From the NCBI GenBank assembly GCA_028534125.1, contig CM052818.1:7132001-7196000 (forward strand): 64,000 nucleotides of DNA, given 5' to 3'. Each line of letters opens with the position of its first letter. Positions within the stretch are counted from its first letter, which is position 1. This DNA comes from Lama glama (Eukaryota). Positions 38,501 through 49,905 of the stretch are shown in pieces. Below the pieces are notes generated by a model, which had not been told where the DNA came from, ran no database searches, and saw only the letters and a program-made list of their open reading frames with translations. The position numbers and the translations under genes were made by a program.

Positions 38501-41466
38501 GATTATTACCAGTGTTTCACGTGGAACCTGAAAGATAAAATATCATGGAGGAAAAGGAATAAGCTTGAGAACTGTCTTCAAGTCTTTCTCAGTTTATGCA
38601 GCCAGCTAGCCCTGTGTCAGTTCTTTGGTGCATGCTAATTAAGTGCTAAAAGTGGCCTTCAGTTAGTGCAGTAGTCTAGTCGTTTGCAAGATGGGAAGGC
38701 ACAGAAACTTTGAAGAGAAGCAGTGAAGTGCAAAGTAGTATCCACAACTACACAGCAATGTTGAGAAGTACCTCTCTGAAATTAAACTCATGAGTATTTT
38801 TAAAAATTACCATCACAGATCTATACTTAACAAAAGCAATGTTTCTTTTCTCCCTAAACAGATATGTCCCTGATAATTAAATGTGGATGACTGGCCTAAT
38901 TTCTTATATGTTCAAGTGAGAGGGAAAAACTCTAAACTAAATCCTGAGGATAGGATTATTTTAAACAGGCTTTAAAATGTCCCCAAAAGTGAAAGTGTGA
39001 AAACCACACTTATGTGTTCATGAAACATTTCTGGTTCATTTGCTAGGAATAAACAATATTTAAAAAAAAAAATCATGCATGCTGAAGGGAGTTGACTTCA
39101 AAAGCCTTTCCTTAGTCTCATAGAGTTGGATTCCCAGGGCCAGGCAGGAATTGCTCTGCTGGCCTGTGAGGGAGTCAACCTGGGGGAGGGGAACAGTTAA
39201 CCACCTGGTGTGGGACCACAGCAACAGTGGTTAAAGCTGCCACTTCATGCTATGACTTCTTGGTGAAAGATGCCGGGATCTAAAAGTGGGGGAAGCGGGA
39301 CTTGTGTCTAACATGTGCATCAGTAAGACATTTTATCCTGCAGAAGTGTGGAAAGGTGAGAAACATTTTACCCCAGAACTCAGGTTGCTAGCCTGAGAGC
39401 TCAAACTTTTACCATGCACACACAGAATGGGTGCTTCAGTAGAATCATGTGTCCACTCTGGAGACACAAAAATTGTTACTTTGATCTTAGTGCTTTCGTA
39501 CAGAACGACTGCATTTGGAAGTCCCTTTGCTAGAAAATACCCAAGTGTCACAGAAATTCTGCAAGTCTAACTTGCTGCTAACTTCAATTCATGAATAACA
39601 GTTTAAATTTATTTTAAATTCAAGAGAGCCTCTGGCCTCCGCTACAAAGATATCACAGGAAGAGATTATTGCAGCTTCTATTTCAATGGCTTCTCCTTAA
39701 AGTGAGTGCTGAAAAGTATAAGTGAGTGGGTAGTTCTAGGAAACTCTTAGTAGTTAGTGCCCTCTCTGAAACGCAGAACTCTGGAAATGAAACATATCTT
39801 GGCTTCATGGCAAAATGTTTGAATATTATGCCACTCAGGCATAAACTGAACTGGACTTGCTGAAGGCCCTGAGCACTTCTTCCATGATGTGTAATTTGGA
39901 ATGCCATTGTAATGAAACTTTCCAAAGATATCCACAGATAATTAGCTTTTGGCATTGGTTATACTTAAAGAAAAATCTGTGTAAGATTTTAATTATACTG
40001 AGGGCCCAGTAAAAACCTTTTCCATTCCCTTTATAAAGCAAGAAACATTCTCCTCTACCAACATTTTAGCCCAGGTTTAATTTCAATAAGATCATCAATT
40101 TGATTGATAACAAATCATTACTGAACAGTTTCAATAGGTGTAAACTTGTCTTGATGTTAATGACGGATAATCACCTTTATGTTAGGTCTTAAAGCTTTAT
40201 TATTCTTAAATATAACTAGTATTGTGGACTGTTAAAACTCTAGAGAGATCTGGGATGATATTGATCGGGGTGGCAGTCAAAATTTTAAGGGGCCTGAAAT
40301 TACTTTTTGTAACATCTTTACGCTGAACGCGCAGGGACTCTTAAAAATTAATAATTAATTTTCCAGGGAAACTGTCTCTTAGGGCTTTAAAATTCACACC
40401 AGGCACACAACCTCTCCCAAGTAGTGTAAATTTCCCTGCTCAGTGTTAAGTAGTTCAAAGCAGAAGCTTTCTTGAGACGGAAAAGGCTGTGAATGTGAAA
40501 CTGTGCTTCTGACCCTCGTGCGTCTCCAAGCCTGGCTTCCCTACCGGGTCTGCACCGTGGCCGTAGCCTGCCACGAAAGATGCATCTCGGTTCCCTCCTG
40601 TTCCGAAAGTACTGTTGACTTGGTGACCCATTTCAAGTGTTGAGCCGAGGTCACCACAAGCAAGAGGCATTTTCTGGCCCCAGCTCCAGCTAGAGCCCCC
40701 ATCCTGCGGGCCACTCGCGCGTCCTGAGACGATGGGGGTGTCGTCGGGAGTGTCTTAGCTGCGAACGGTGCCTCCCCCTCCCTCCTGGGATGCCTGGCTC
40801 GAAAGTCCCGCGGGCAGCATGGACTCCGCGCCTCCAGGTCGGATTTTCGCCTCCCCCCACCCCCCCGGGACCCTGCCTGCCCGGCTAACCGGCCCCAAGT
40901 TGCAGAATAGCTCAGATGCTTGTCATATTTGCGGTCGCGCGACTCAGTAGGCTGTGCGCGCGCGGCACTCGCCGCCGCCTTTGTCACTCGCGGCTCCGTC
41001 ATTTGCATGAGTGGTGTGAGGGGATTACTGGTGGTTAGTTGTGGTCCCCTGGCCGGAGAGTCTCTTTTTCTCTCCCGTTCTCCTTAAGCCTTTCCTTAAG
41101 AGAAAATCAAGGGCGCGCCGGCTGGAAAGGGAGTCGTGGGCGGCGCTGCCACCCGGCGTCTCGCGTGCTCCGCCTGCCCCTTCCTGCTCCTGGGGCGGCC
41201 AGGGCTCGGCTCGGCATTTATCGCGCCTCCCGGGACCGCCGGGGGAGGGGGCGGGGCCGGCGGCCGAGGGGCGGGGTCGTCGAGGGGCGGGGCCTGCTGA
41301 GCCGGGGGCCCGGAGCTCGCGGGAGGCTTGCTGGCCGCACGTCACTCCTGCACGGCGAGTGCTGGAGCACGAGCTGCCGCTCGCTCGGTCAGGGCGCCCC
41401 CTCCGCCCGCCTCCCGCTTCCTCCTCCGCTGCCTGCCGCCGCCGCCTCCTCCTCCACCATTGTATA

Positions 41467-41505
41467 ATGCTCCGAGCGCGCAGGCAAAGGACGGCGGAGT
41501 CTTAG
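41467..41505 (+). other. uORF1 (MLRARRQRTAES*, 12 aa)
   Basis: ATG CTC CGA ... TCT TAG read directly in exon 1. Confidence 0.6.
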
Positions 41506-41570
41506 CTTCGGTCTCGCCTTCTGCCCGCTCCCCGGCGCCACACTCGGGCCCCCGGAGCGGGGGACTCCGC

Positions 41571-41585
41571 ATGGATCGGGAGTAG
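41571..41585 (+). other. uORF2 (MDRE*)
   Basis: ATG GAT CGG GAG TAG in exon 1; +4 G. Confidence 0.65.
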
Positions 41586-41613
41586 CTTGAGGAGTGGGCA
41601 GAAACCCCTCCTG

Positions 41614-41622
41614 ATGTGTTAG
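41614..41622 (+). other. uORF3 (MC*)
   Basis: ATG TGT TAG in exon 1. Confidence 0.65.
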
Positions 41623-41639
41623 TTCCCAGGTGGAGCTGC

Positions 41640-41644
41640 ATGTG
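41640..41644 (+). other. uORF4: start-stop ATG-TG|A completed by the first base of exon 2 (58504)
   Basis: The spliced junction reads GC ATG TG|A TAT ATG TTG. Confidence 0.65.
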
Positions 41645-44453
41645 GTAAGTTCTCCCGGCGCCGGGTTGGAGGGGATCCTCGGATGCGCGGGGCTCCCGAT
41701 GGGTGGGGGGCGGCACTGGTAGCCGGCTGAGGCCGGGAGAGCCGGGAGGGCGGAGGAGGGGCCCGGGCGGCCGCGAGGGTCGCGGGCGCGTCCACGGGAG
41801 GGACCTGGGCTGGAGCAGGTACCGAGAGGAGTGCTCCCTTCCGCTGCTTCCCGGCCCTGCGCCCTTGGACCCTCGGGGCGAGCGCCGGGGACCCCCAGCG
41901 TTAGCCGGCAGATCTGCTGGGGGAAGGGCAGGGGACGGGCAGTCACGGAGCGGGGTCAGGAGGGGGTCGGAGCTAACCAGAGCCCAGCGATGGGGCGGAG
42001 GGAGCTCGGAGCTGTCGCTTTTACAGCTGGGATGTGTGTGCATGTTGTGGCGGTTGTGTTGTTGTGAACGTGCGAGACTTTTTTTTAAGCCTCGGATTGC
42101 TGGCGCGGAGGCTGCTTTAGTTTTGAGTCCTGTGGCCGGGTTTGCATCCAACTTGCTTTAGTGTTTCTGTGAGTTTCCCTGTGTTTTTAACCTAAAAACA
42201 TCCCTCTCCACCCTCTTTTCGCCCGTGCCCGAGTGAATCGATTTTAAATATATATGTATATTAAACTTGATGTCTCATTGATTTTTAAGTTAGAAATCTA
42301 CAAGTCATCTTGGTGGTGACCGCCTATGACTGAAAGGGAGGGGGCTGAGGGGAGCCAGCTGTCCCAAGCCCTGGACTTTGTACCATTAAGACAGGGTGCC
42401 GTCAGAGGGCCATTGCATCGAGAGGAAATCATGAATTTTTCTTTTTTTTTTTTTTTAATTTTCTTGGCCAGGAGTTATCTTACTTTTAGCAGAAGTAATA
42501 GTAATAGATAAAGATGGGAGTAAAGTTCTGCGTTAAGTCTTAAGTTTCACAAAAAGATTAGATATAGTTTGTCTTAGAATAACTTTTTGCTTTCAAGCTG
42601 GGTGGTTTCAGGATGTTTCAGGGAGGTGGAAAGTAAGCTTTTACAGGCTCTGAATGGGGAAGGGCAATCAGGAGGGTGAGACATCCAGCCTCAGACAGCA
42701 GTTTTAATTTGAATCAAATTGGGCAGCCTCATCTGGTCTTAAGGAAGATAGTAAATGTTTTCAAGCTTTGTTCGGAAATAGGCTTTTTTGATTTCCCAAT
42801 GTATGTTAGGAAATGTTCACAATGTGTGTAAAGAGCCTAGGAGTTGTCGTAGCCAATAGGATCCCTGAGGCCTTAAGTGTTCAAAGTAGCCTTTTATAAT
42901 TAGGGACTGGTCTCTGACAAGAGTGAAGTGGGCTCTTGGCTCCACTCAACCCCTGGAGGACAGTCCACCTGAGAGCCTCTGGGTTGTTTTGCTGATGGGG
43001 GGGATAGTTGTTCAGCTACCCAGAAGGCATATCTCCCCCAAGAGCTCCTCCCATTCCTCCCCCTTTTTATAGCAGTCTATTCTGATTTGAGTGTGGTAGG
43101 GTGTCCTCTGGGGATGAAAATACCCATCCTAAGATCCCAGCTTCTGGCACAAGCAAGAATAGCTTGCTCCTGGATCTCTGCTTCCCCATTCATTTTATCA
43201 GTTTTTTCATGGGGGAGGGGGAGGACAAATGTTAAAAAGTTTTCCTTTAGCGTTATTGATTTATCTAGAGGTATTATATGTTTCATGTAGGTTGTTTATG
43301 TTGTTCATCAAGTTTGGGATCCTTTAAAATAATTTTTTCTTCTTCCCTCCCCTAATTAAAATGGGCATAATCATGTTGCTCTCAGGTGAGAAATCGTATG
43401 AAATGGATTTGACAGCTTTTTTTTTTTTTTAACATTCAGCTCTGTTCCTTGCTTTATTACAGCAGGTAGTAGAGAAGACTCACATTTTGCAATACCAACC
43501 AAGTGTACGACAAGAGTGTCCTAGGGAACAGTTTTATTGTCAGGCGAGTGTCACAGCTTCTTAGGTAACAGCTACTCGGCCATGTTCCCCTTAAAAAACT
43601 AAGAGAAGGATATTAACTCAGTTTAAGAAAATCTTTAGACTTCTGTTTGCTGAATTGTTCCCTTGAAAGCTTTTTTATTTAATTGAGGAACTGAAATATA
43701 AATTTTTACCCAGTTGCCATGCACTGAGTTATTAATAATAAGTACAAATAGTATATATTTTGATATTTTAAAATTCACTCAAATTTGTGTAGCAGCTGAT
43801 AGCTTTTGGCATACACTATTTTAAACAGCACTCCAATGGCAGAATAAAAGTTACATTGCTACTGAGGAAGGCACGCACACACAAAACAGATTAAAAAATA
43901 TAAGCAAAGGTTGAGCATACATATGTATGTATATATATAAAAATACATAAAGATTTTTTTCTGTCTATTGAAAAAGCATACTACAAATTATCAGTAGCAA
44001 ATTATAGTAAAAGTTTGCCCTCGGTCAACATATTTTAAACTTCAGTTACTAAGAAAGATAAAAACTACAACAGGAACATTTAGAGGTTTCTTTTACTGTG
44101 GCTTCTTGTTAAAGAACACTAGCAAAAGCATGAAGCTTTATTTTATATTTCATTTATATAAAAAAATCAGGATGGCTTTGTCAGTATTACAACATAGATT
44201 AAAATATGTATAGATAAACATGGTATTTAGGAGTGTGAACTTTCACTTGTGGAATTTTTAAAAACTTTGTTGCTACATGAATTTCGTATTTACTGTTACG
44301 GCATATCCTATAGGAAATAGCTGTAGTTGCACCAGTTTTTTGTCAAAGGAGAGGGCGGGGAGAGGGGAGAGAGACAGAGAGCGAGGTGTCTCTGATTACT
44401 GAGTGCAAAGATCAGGTGTACGCTCAAGGCACCGGAGGGCAAGCTCCAATTTT

Positions 44454-44591
44454 GTTTTTTTGGGGGGTGGGGGGAACTAGATTTGTTCATTATTTATTCT
44501 GATAGAGGTACTGGGAATTGAACCCAGCACCTCGTACGAGCTGAGCATGCACTCTACCACTGAGCTATATAGCCCCCCACTCCCCGACCCC
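44454..44591 (-). mobile_element. tRNA-Ala-derived SINE (Vic-1-like)
   Basis: Same consensus; TSD GCAAGCTCCA(A/G)TTTT (44439-44453, 44592-44606). Confidence 0.88.
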
Positions 44592-45919
44592 GCAAGCTCC
44601 AGTTTTAAGTGAAAATGGCCTCGAAATAAAGGAAACGCCCACCTTCATAGGTCTTTCCATTAATCAACACTGACCAGCAGAACAGGAACACCTAAAAAAG
44701 CTATGGCCACTACATATACACAAATCCTGTATTTCCTACTGACAGTTAATAATTAGTCCTTACACAATTGACAGAAGCCCACCAGCTCAGACTCCTGCTT
44801 AAGAAGTGTATGGGTGTTTAATTCAGTTTTCATATTCTCGAAGGAAATAGCAACTAGCCAAACTTGGCTTGTCTTTTAAACAACATGATTGTCTCCAATG
44901 GCCAGTGCAGTTGATATTAAAGGCAAACTTCTGCCCTCTGTGCAGATGCTGGGAAACCCTGTGAACAGCACTGTCCCCTGGAGCGCCCATCACTCATTGT
45001 GCAGAGCAGTGTCTTTCTCCACGAGCACTGTGTGGCAGTTCATTCTTTGTATGAATCTGTGAATGGCATATGTCAGGCCAATAAGACGACATTCCTATTC
45101 TGGGTAGTAAATAGACGCCTTGTGTGTGTGTGTTTTTTTTCCCCTTGAAGATCATGAGACAAACAAAACATGCTTGGCTGTCTAAAAATTTTCTTGGAAA
45201 TACAAATAAAAATTTCAAAATAAAAACTATCACAGTATCTCTGAAAACACATGACTCCTAATAGGACAAAACAGATGCTGATCATTTAAACAAGCAGTAC
45301 ATCCAGACAATGAAAACTCCCTTTTGGAAATTCTGCTTTGTGGTCTGAGGGCTCCTGGAGCTGGAAAGCCTGGTTCGTCCCCTCTCAGGATCTCCCGTCT
45401 CTCCTCTGAACTTAATTGGGAATCCCTGCCAGGATTCACTGAAGCAAACCCGGCAATTTGATGTATCTATCTTAGCAACCCGGGAGCACAGAAGCTGTAT
45501 TCTGCGCCCACTGCAGCTTTCAATTCAGAATGGAGGCGGCATCTGCTCGCTCTCTCGTCTGGCCTCCTCTTCCCCTCTCAAGCTGTGTGTCCAGAGCTGG
45601 CCCTGCCCCTTCGCGGGGACGCGAGGACGGCAGAGCGGGGGCTGAGTGTGCCCGCTCGGCCCCGCCCCGAGTGGAATGAGCAATGCGGATGCGTGGGGTG
45701 GGGGCTGGAGGGAGGAGAGTGGAGGACAGATCCGAGCCGACTGTGCAACTGCTACAGCAGGTCTGACTAGTTTGAGGTGCCCAAAGGCAGCTTTGTTTCT
45801 CTAGTAACTCCAGGTAGCAGCAAACCTCAGTTCTTAAAACGAATTCATGTCTGCATTACTATCTTTTGGGCCCCTGCAAAAACCTGTAGATTTGCAGAGT
45901 TGCTGTTTAATTCTAAGCT

Positions 45920-45935
45920 TCTCTCTCTCTCTCTC

Positions 45936-45983
<48 letters not shown>

Positions 45984-46011
45984 CCTCCCTCTCCCTCCCT
46001 CTCGCTCTCTC
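45920..46011. repeat. (CT)n polypyrimidine microsatellite
   Basis: Read directly. Confidence 0.95.
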
Positions 46012-47801
46012 AAAAAAAGCCTATCTTAGACGGTTAACTGAAAAGACGCTAAACCAGGCATTTCTGTGTTTCTGAGGCACCTCACATAGAATAGTGAAGG
46101 GGAAGGGATTCTGGCTCTTAAGGACACATACACACACTCTTGGTTACACTGGTCTGTGCGAACCTGTTGAATGAAAGTAAAAAGTATTACTTGATTAGGC
46201 GATGGTCAGAAAATTAAGTAATGAAGCTTTACTTGCTGCAGATCAACCTTTAGCCCCTTGCTCTGCTCTCCTGGCTGACTGCTTATCATTCCACGCCAGC
46301 CGCAACCCCTGGGCTTGGAGCAGGCCTGTGGGAGTACCCCACCCTGGTGTGTAGAAGTGTTGAGTTAAACTCAGGGAATCTGAAAGTCCCAAGGTCATCT
46401 CTGCACCAGAACAGGTTTGCATAAAATTCTAGCCACACCAGTGAGATAACGAGGTGGCAGCTGTTTTAATCTGATCCTCCCTTAGTGGTTATCCCATTTT
46501 ATAATCATTCTGGATGCAGATTTGCTTTTCAGAGTTCTTTCCTTTTTTAAGGAGGGAACTTCCACGTACGTGTGTACTTCTGTGTCTTCCCTGCTGTCAC
46601 AGAAAACCCATCTGGTGGAGGAATCTGAGCACCGTGGTCCGTGGATGATGAAGAAATTCTTGCCTTGCCCCTCTGCTTGTCACCAACCTGATGATGGTCT
46701 TTTCCGAACAGTTTCTTAAACAGACTGCTTTTTGAAAAGATTTTTATTATGCCCAGAAATATAAAATAGGTTTTACTTGGTGATGATTGTTAGCTAACAG
46801 TAGTTGGTTAACACATTCAAAATATGGATTCCTCAGGTGGCACCTGCCTTCTTGCTTCTAAATTCCCTAAAGTTTGGCAGGATGAAAGGACTGTTTGGGG
46901 CTGGTAGCTTGGAGGCAGGGTCTCCTTAAAGGTCCTTGAAGATCATCGAAGTTGAAGTACTGAGAGGTAGTTTCCTTAGAAAATAAGTATCTTTTCCATT
47001 CAGTGTGGTACTCTGATCCCTTTTACTCTATTTGACTAAGTAACTTTGTGCTAAGTTCTACAGGCCATTAGTTATCAATACCCAGAAGTCCTCGGGAAGA
47101 AATACATTTTATCTCAAAATAGCCCCAAAGTAATCACTTTTAAAAACAAATGGCTGCCACATTTACAAAGTATCACTCACTGACCTCAAGTTTAGTTTGT
47201 ATCCTCATTTCCTTTTTCTACTTTGTGAATTATTCACGTATATGACATAAAGTTTAAACTGGCTTTGTAAAACCTTATCAGAAGCCTGTCTAATTCTTAG
47301 AATTGACTAAACTTTCTGAATATCTATGCTGCTTATTACATGGAACAGGTATTTACATCGTAGAATAGTTATTTCCTGCCTTTTACATGTCTCTTAAGTA
47401 TATTTCTTTTGTCTTGTACCTTTAGTTTTTATACTCATACGTCATATTGTAGAAGTGTGATAGTTTTCTTTTAAGGAATCCAGATTTGAACCATACAGTA
47501 TATTTAGTTTTACTCAGTGAGTAAATAATAAAACATTTCTCTGGTTTTCTCTTTAGATTGAATGTGAAAGTTAAAAGATGAAATATGTTCAGTATTTGTG
47601 AGGGATATTTTATAGCATGTCTTCTTTTGAGTGTTATTTTTCACAGTAATTAAGCCTTCCCAATTTGAAAGCAAAGAAGATTAAAACTAGTAATAACCTT
47701 TAAGAAACACTTTCATAAAAACACTTCACAATGAAGTACTTAGTTTTTGTTATTTGTTAGTGACAAGTAGTTGGCTAACAAAACCTAGAAAGTAATTTTT
47801 T

Positions 47802-48168
47802 ATTTTTTGAGTAAAGTCAGATTTATTTAGAGAGGTACATACTGCATAAGAGTGTAGGCTGTTTCAGAGGGTAAGAGAAAGGCCATGAGGTGTGGGGGTT
47901 GGGAGCTCAGGTTAAAGTAGATACACACTCCATAGAGAGAGTACGGGCTGTCTCCGAAGAGGATGGAGAGAGAGAGGCTGCTTTTTTTTTTTTTTTAGCA
48001 TCTTTTTTTAATGTTTTTTTGCAGTTTTTAAAAATGTTTTTAAAGTTTTTTTTATGGGGGGAGGTAATTAGGTTTACTTATTTATTTTTTAATGGAGGTG
48101 CTGGGAATTGAACCCAGGACTTCCAGCATGCTAGGTGCAGGCTCTACCACTGAGCTATACCCTCCCCC
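47802..48168 (-). mobile_element. Composite retroposon: tRNA-Ala SINE plus ~180 bp extra polyadenylated 3' segment
   Basis: SINE head 48168 to ~48045, A-rich tail, then segment ~47980-47809 with AATAAA (47827-47822, minus strand) and a poly(A). Shared TSD AAGTAAT(T/C)TTTT (47790-47801, 48169-48180). Confidence 0.75.
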
Positions 48169-49406
48169 AAGTAATCTTTTGTTTTAACTAAGATGCAATT
48201 TTATTTTTCACACATTTGTTCTAACAAATTATATTTTTATCTGTTTTAGTGTGACTGTTTTATAGATCCGAGGGCCCTCTTTAAAAAACAAAACTCTGTC
48301 ATATACTGAGGGCAAAGCATTTGGTTTCTACTCTAAGATTTTTCTCCCCCTGACATTGTTCATTAAGGGTCTCTAGTGTGAAGGGAAAAACATCATATCT
48401 TCAGGGAAAAGAGGCTTTGGGAGGGTTGAAACCAGAATCCCATACAAACAATTATAAGTACAGGAGAAAAAAAATGTTTTCATTGTGCACGGGAATGGAG
48501 GTGGAGCAAGGCTGTCTAGCCCTTACTGGCAGGTAAACTTAGGGGAAAGAAATTCAAATCTAAGAATTTCCTCCCTTAATGATAATGAGACTTTCGATTC
48601 AGCATGCTAAAGATGTGTTCCTGACACCAGATTAGTATGGAGTAGCCTCCTAGTTTTAATGACTACAATATATTATTTATAAAAATAATATAATATGTTC
48701 ATATTTACCAACGTTCAAATGGAAAGATTGGTGATAGTAGTTTGTCTCTTAGGAACATTATTATTGAACATGCAGTATCATAGAACCTCAGCTTGTAATC
48801 TGAATAGAAAGGATTCCAGCAAATTAAAAACAGTCAGCTTGCTTCATTGTCTTTAGTTTACCTGAGTTACATCTTACTATTAAATGGCTCCTTCCCAATA
48901 TTCTTTATGAAGTTTTCCCTGAAACTTCTGAAACCATTTCTGTTCAGCGTGGAGGTAATTTCTTGTTATTGAGAAGCAATAGGATTGCTGAAGGCTTTTC
49001 TATGTTAGTAAAATTCCTACTAACCTTGAGACTCATTGTGTGGCTGGGAGAGCTCTTTAGGACCCCCACTGGAAAGTCTGAACTACTGGCTTCTCCTAGT
49101 CCACATCTTATGACCCGGGTTGCATGTTTGTTGTTGTGTGTCTTTGTGCTCACTTCAGGAATCCTCCAGGGATTTTAACCACGATTTTTGAAACAGTGTT
49201 AGAACAACCTATTGTACATACAGTATTTTCAGGTTTTGAACCATAGCATAATATAATTTAGTTGCTCTTGGCAGTGCTCTTTGCTTGCTTAGCAGTGTTC
49301 TATTGAGACCTGATTTGGGGAACAATCTTGGAAATGTGTATACTTTGAGAGATCTGTAGGTAGAAATTGTTGTGAACAATCAGACTTCAAGGGGTGCCTG
49401 TTGCTC

Positions 49407-49426
49407 TGCTGCGCCCCCTTGTGGTT
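49407..49426 (-). promoter_or_regulatory. Candidate CTCF site
   Basis: Minus strand AACCACAAGGGGGCGCAGCA, a close match to the CTCF core CCAC(C/T)AG(A/G)GGGCGC. Confidence 0.6.
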
Positions 49427-49737
49427 ATTTGTGATGCTCTTTCAGAGCTCAAGAGGAGTTCACACTTGTACTGGGCACACTTGTTTACTTAGAGCATTTA
49501 CAGCTTTCTTCTGTGTGAATAACCTATCAAGTTAATGTAATAGTTCTCACAGAGGATATAAATAGTTTATTGTGTTTATTTGATTTTTTAATTTGTAGAA
49601 TTTTTTAAATGTATATTGGTGTGTTGTGTTCTTTTACCTTTTTCTTACGGAAAATTCCAAACACGCTCAAAAGTAAAGAGAAAGTACAGTGCACCCCCTT
49701 GTACTCATCACCTGGCTTCAACAGTTACCAACATTTT

Positions 49738-49905
49738 CTGTATAGCACAGGGAAATATACACAAAATGTTATGATAAATCACAGAGAAAAAAATGTGACA
49801 ATGAGTGTGTATATGTCCATGAATGAGTGAAAAATCGTGCTGAACACTGGAATTTGACACAACACTGTAAAATGATTATGAATCAATAAAAAATGTAAAA
49901 AAAAA
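49738..49905 (+). mobile_element. Young 5'-truncated L1 3' end
   Basis: CTGTATAGCACAGGGAAATATA...AATCAATAAAAAATGT(A)n, typical of cetartiodactyl L1 3'UTR ends; perfect 18-bp TSD AACAGTTACCAACATTTT (49720-49737, 49906-49923). Confidence 0.85.

Larger units (their letters stand above)
41345..41644 (+). other. SERTAD2: SERTAD2 non-coding exon 1 (5'UTR); start approximate
   Basis: Lies in the CpG island just downstream of GC boxes and ends at a consensus donor GTG|GTAAGT (GT 41645-41646). The TSS cannot be placed exactly from sequence. Confidence 0.8.
40500..42240 (+). promoter_or_regulatory. CpG-island promoter of SERTAD2
   Basis: Sharp rise in GC and CpG density. Three GGGGCGGGG Sp/KLF boxes (~41247-41293), CACGTCA (TGACGTG on -) at 41338-41344, octamer ATTTGCAT at 41001-41008. 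No TATA box seen. Confidence 0.9.

Noticed and set aside
40978..41008. Sox-Oct composite element (CTTTGTC ... ATTTGCAT)
   Set aside because: The two motifs are ~15 bp apart rather than adjacent as in the canonical composite.
40455..42161. Many 70-270 aa ORFs on both strands in the promoter
   Set aside because: Typical CpG-island artefacts with no recognisable domain.
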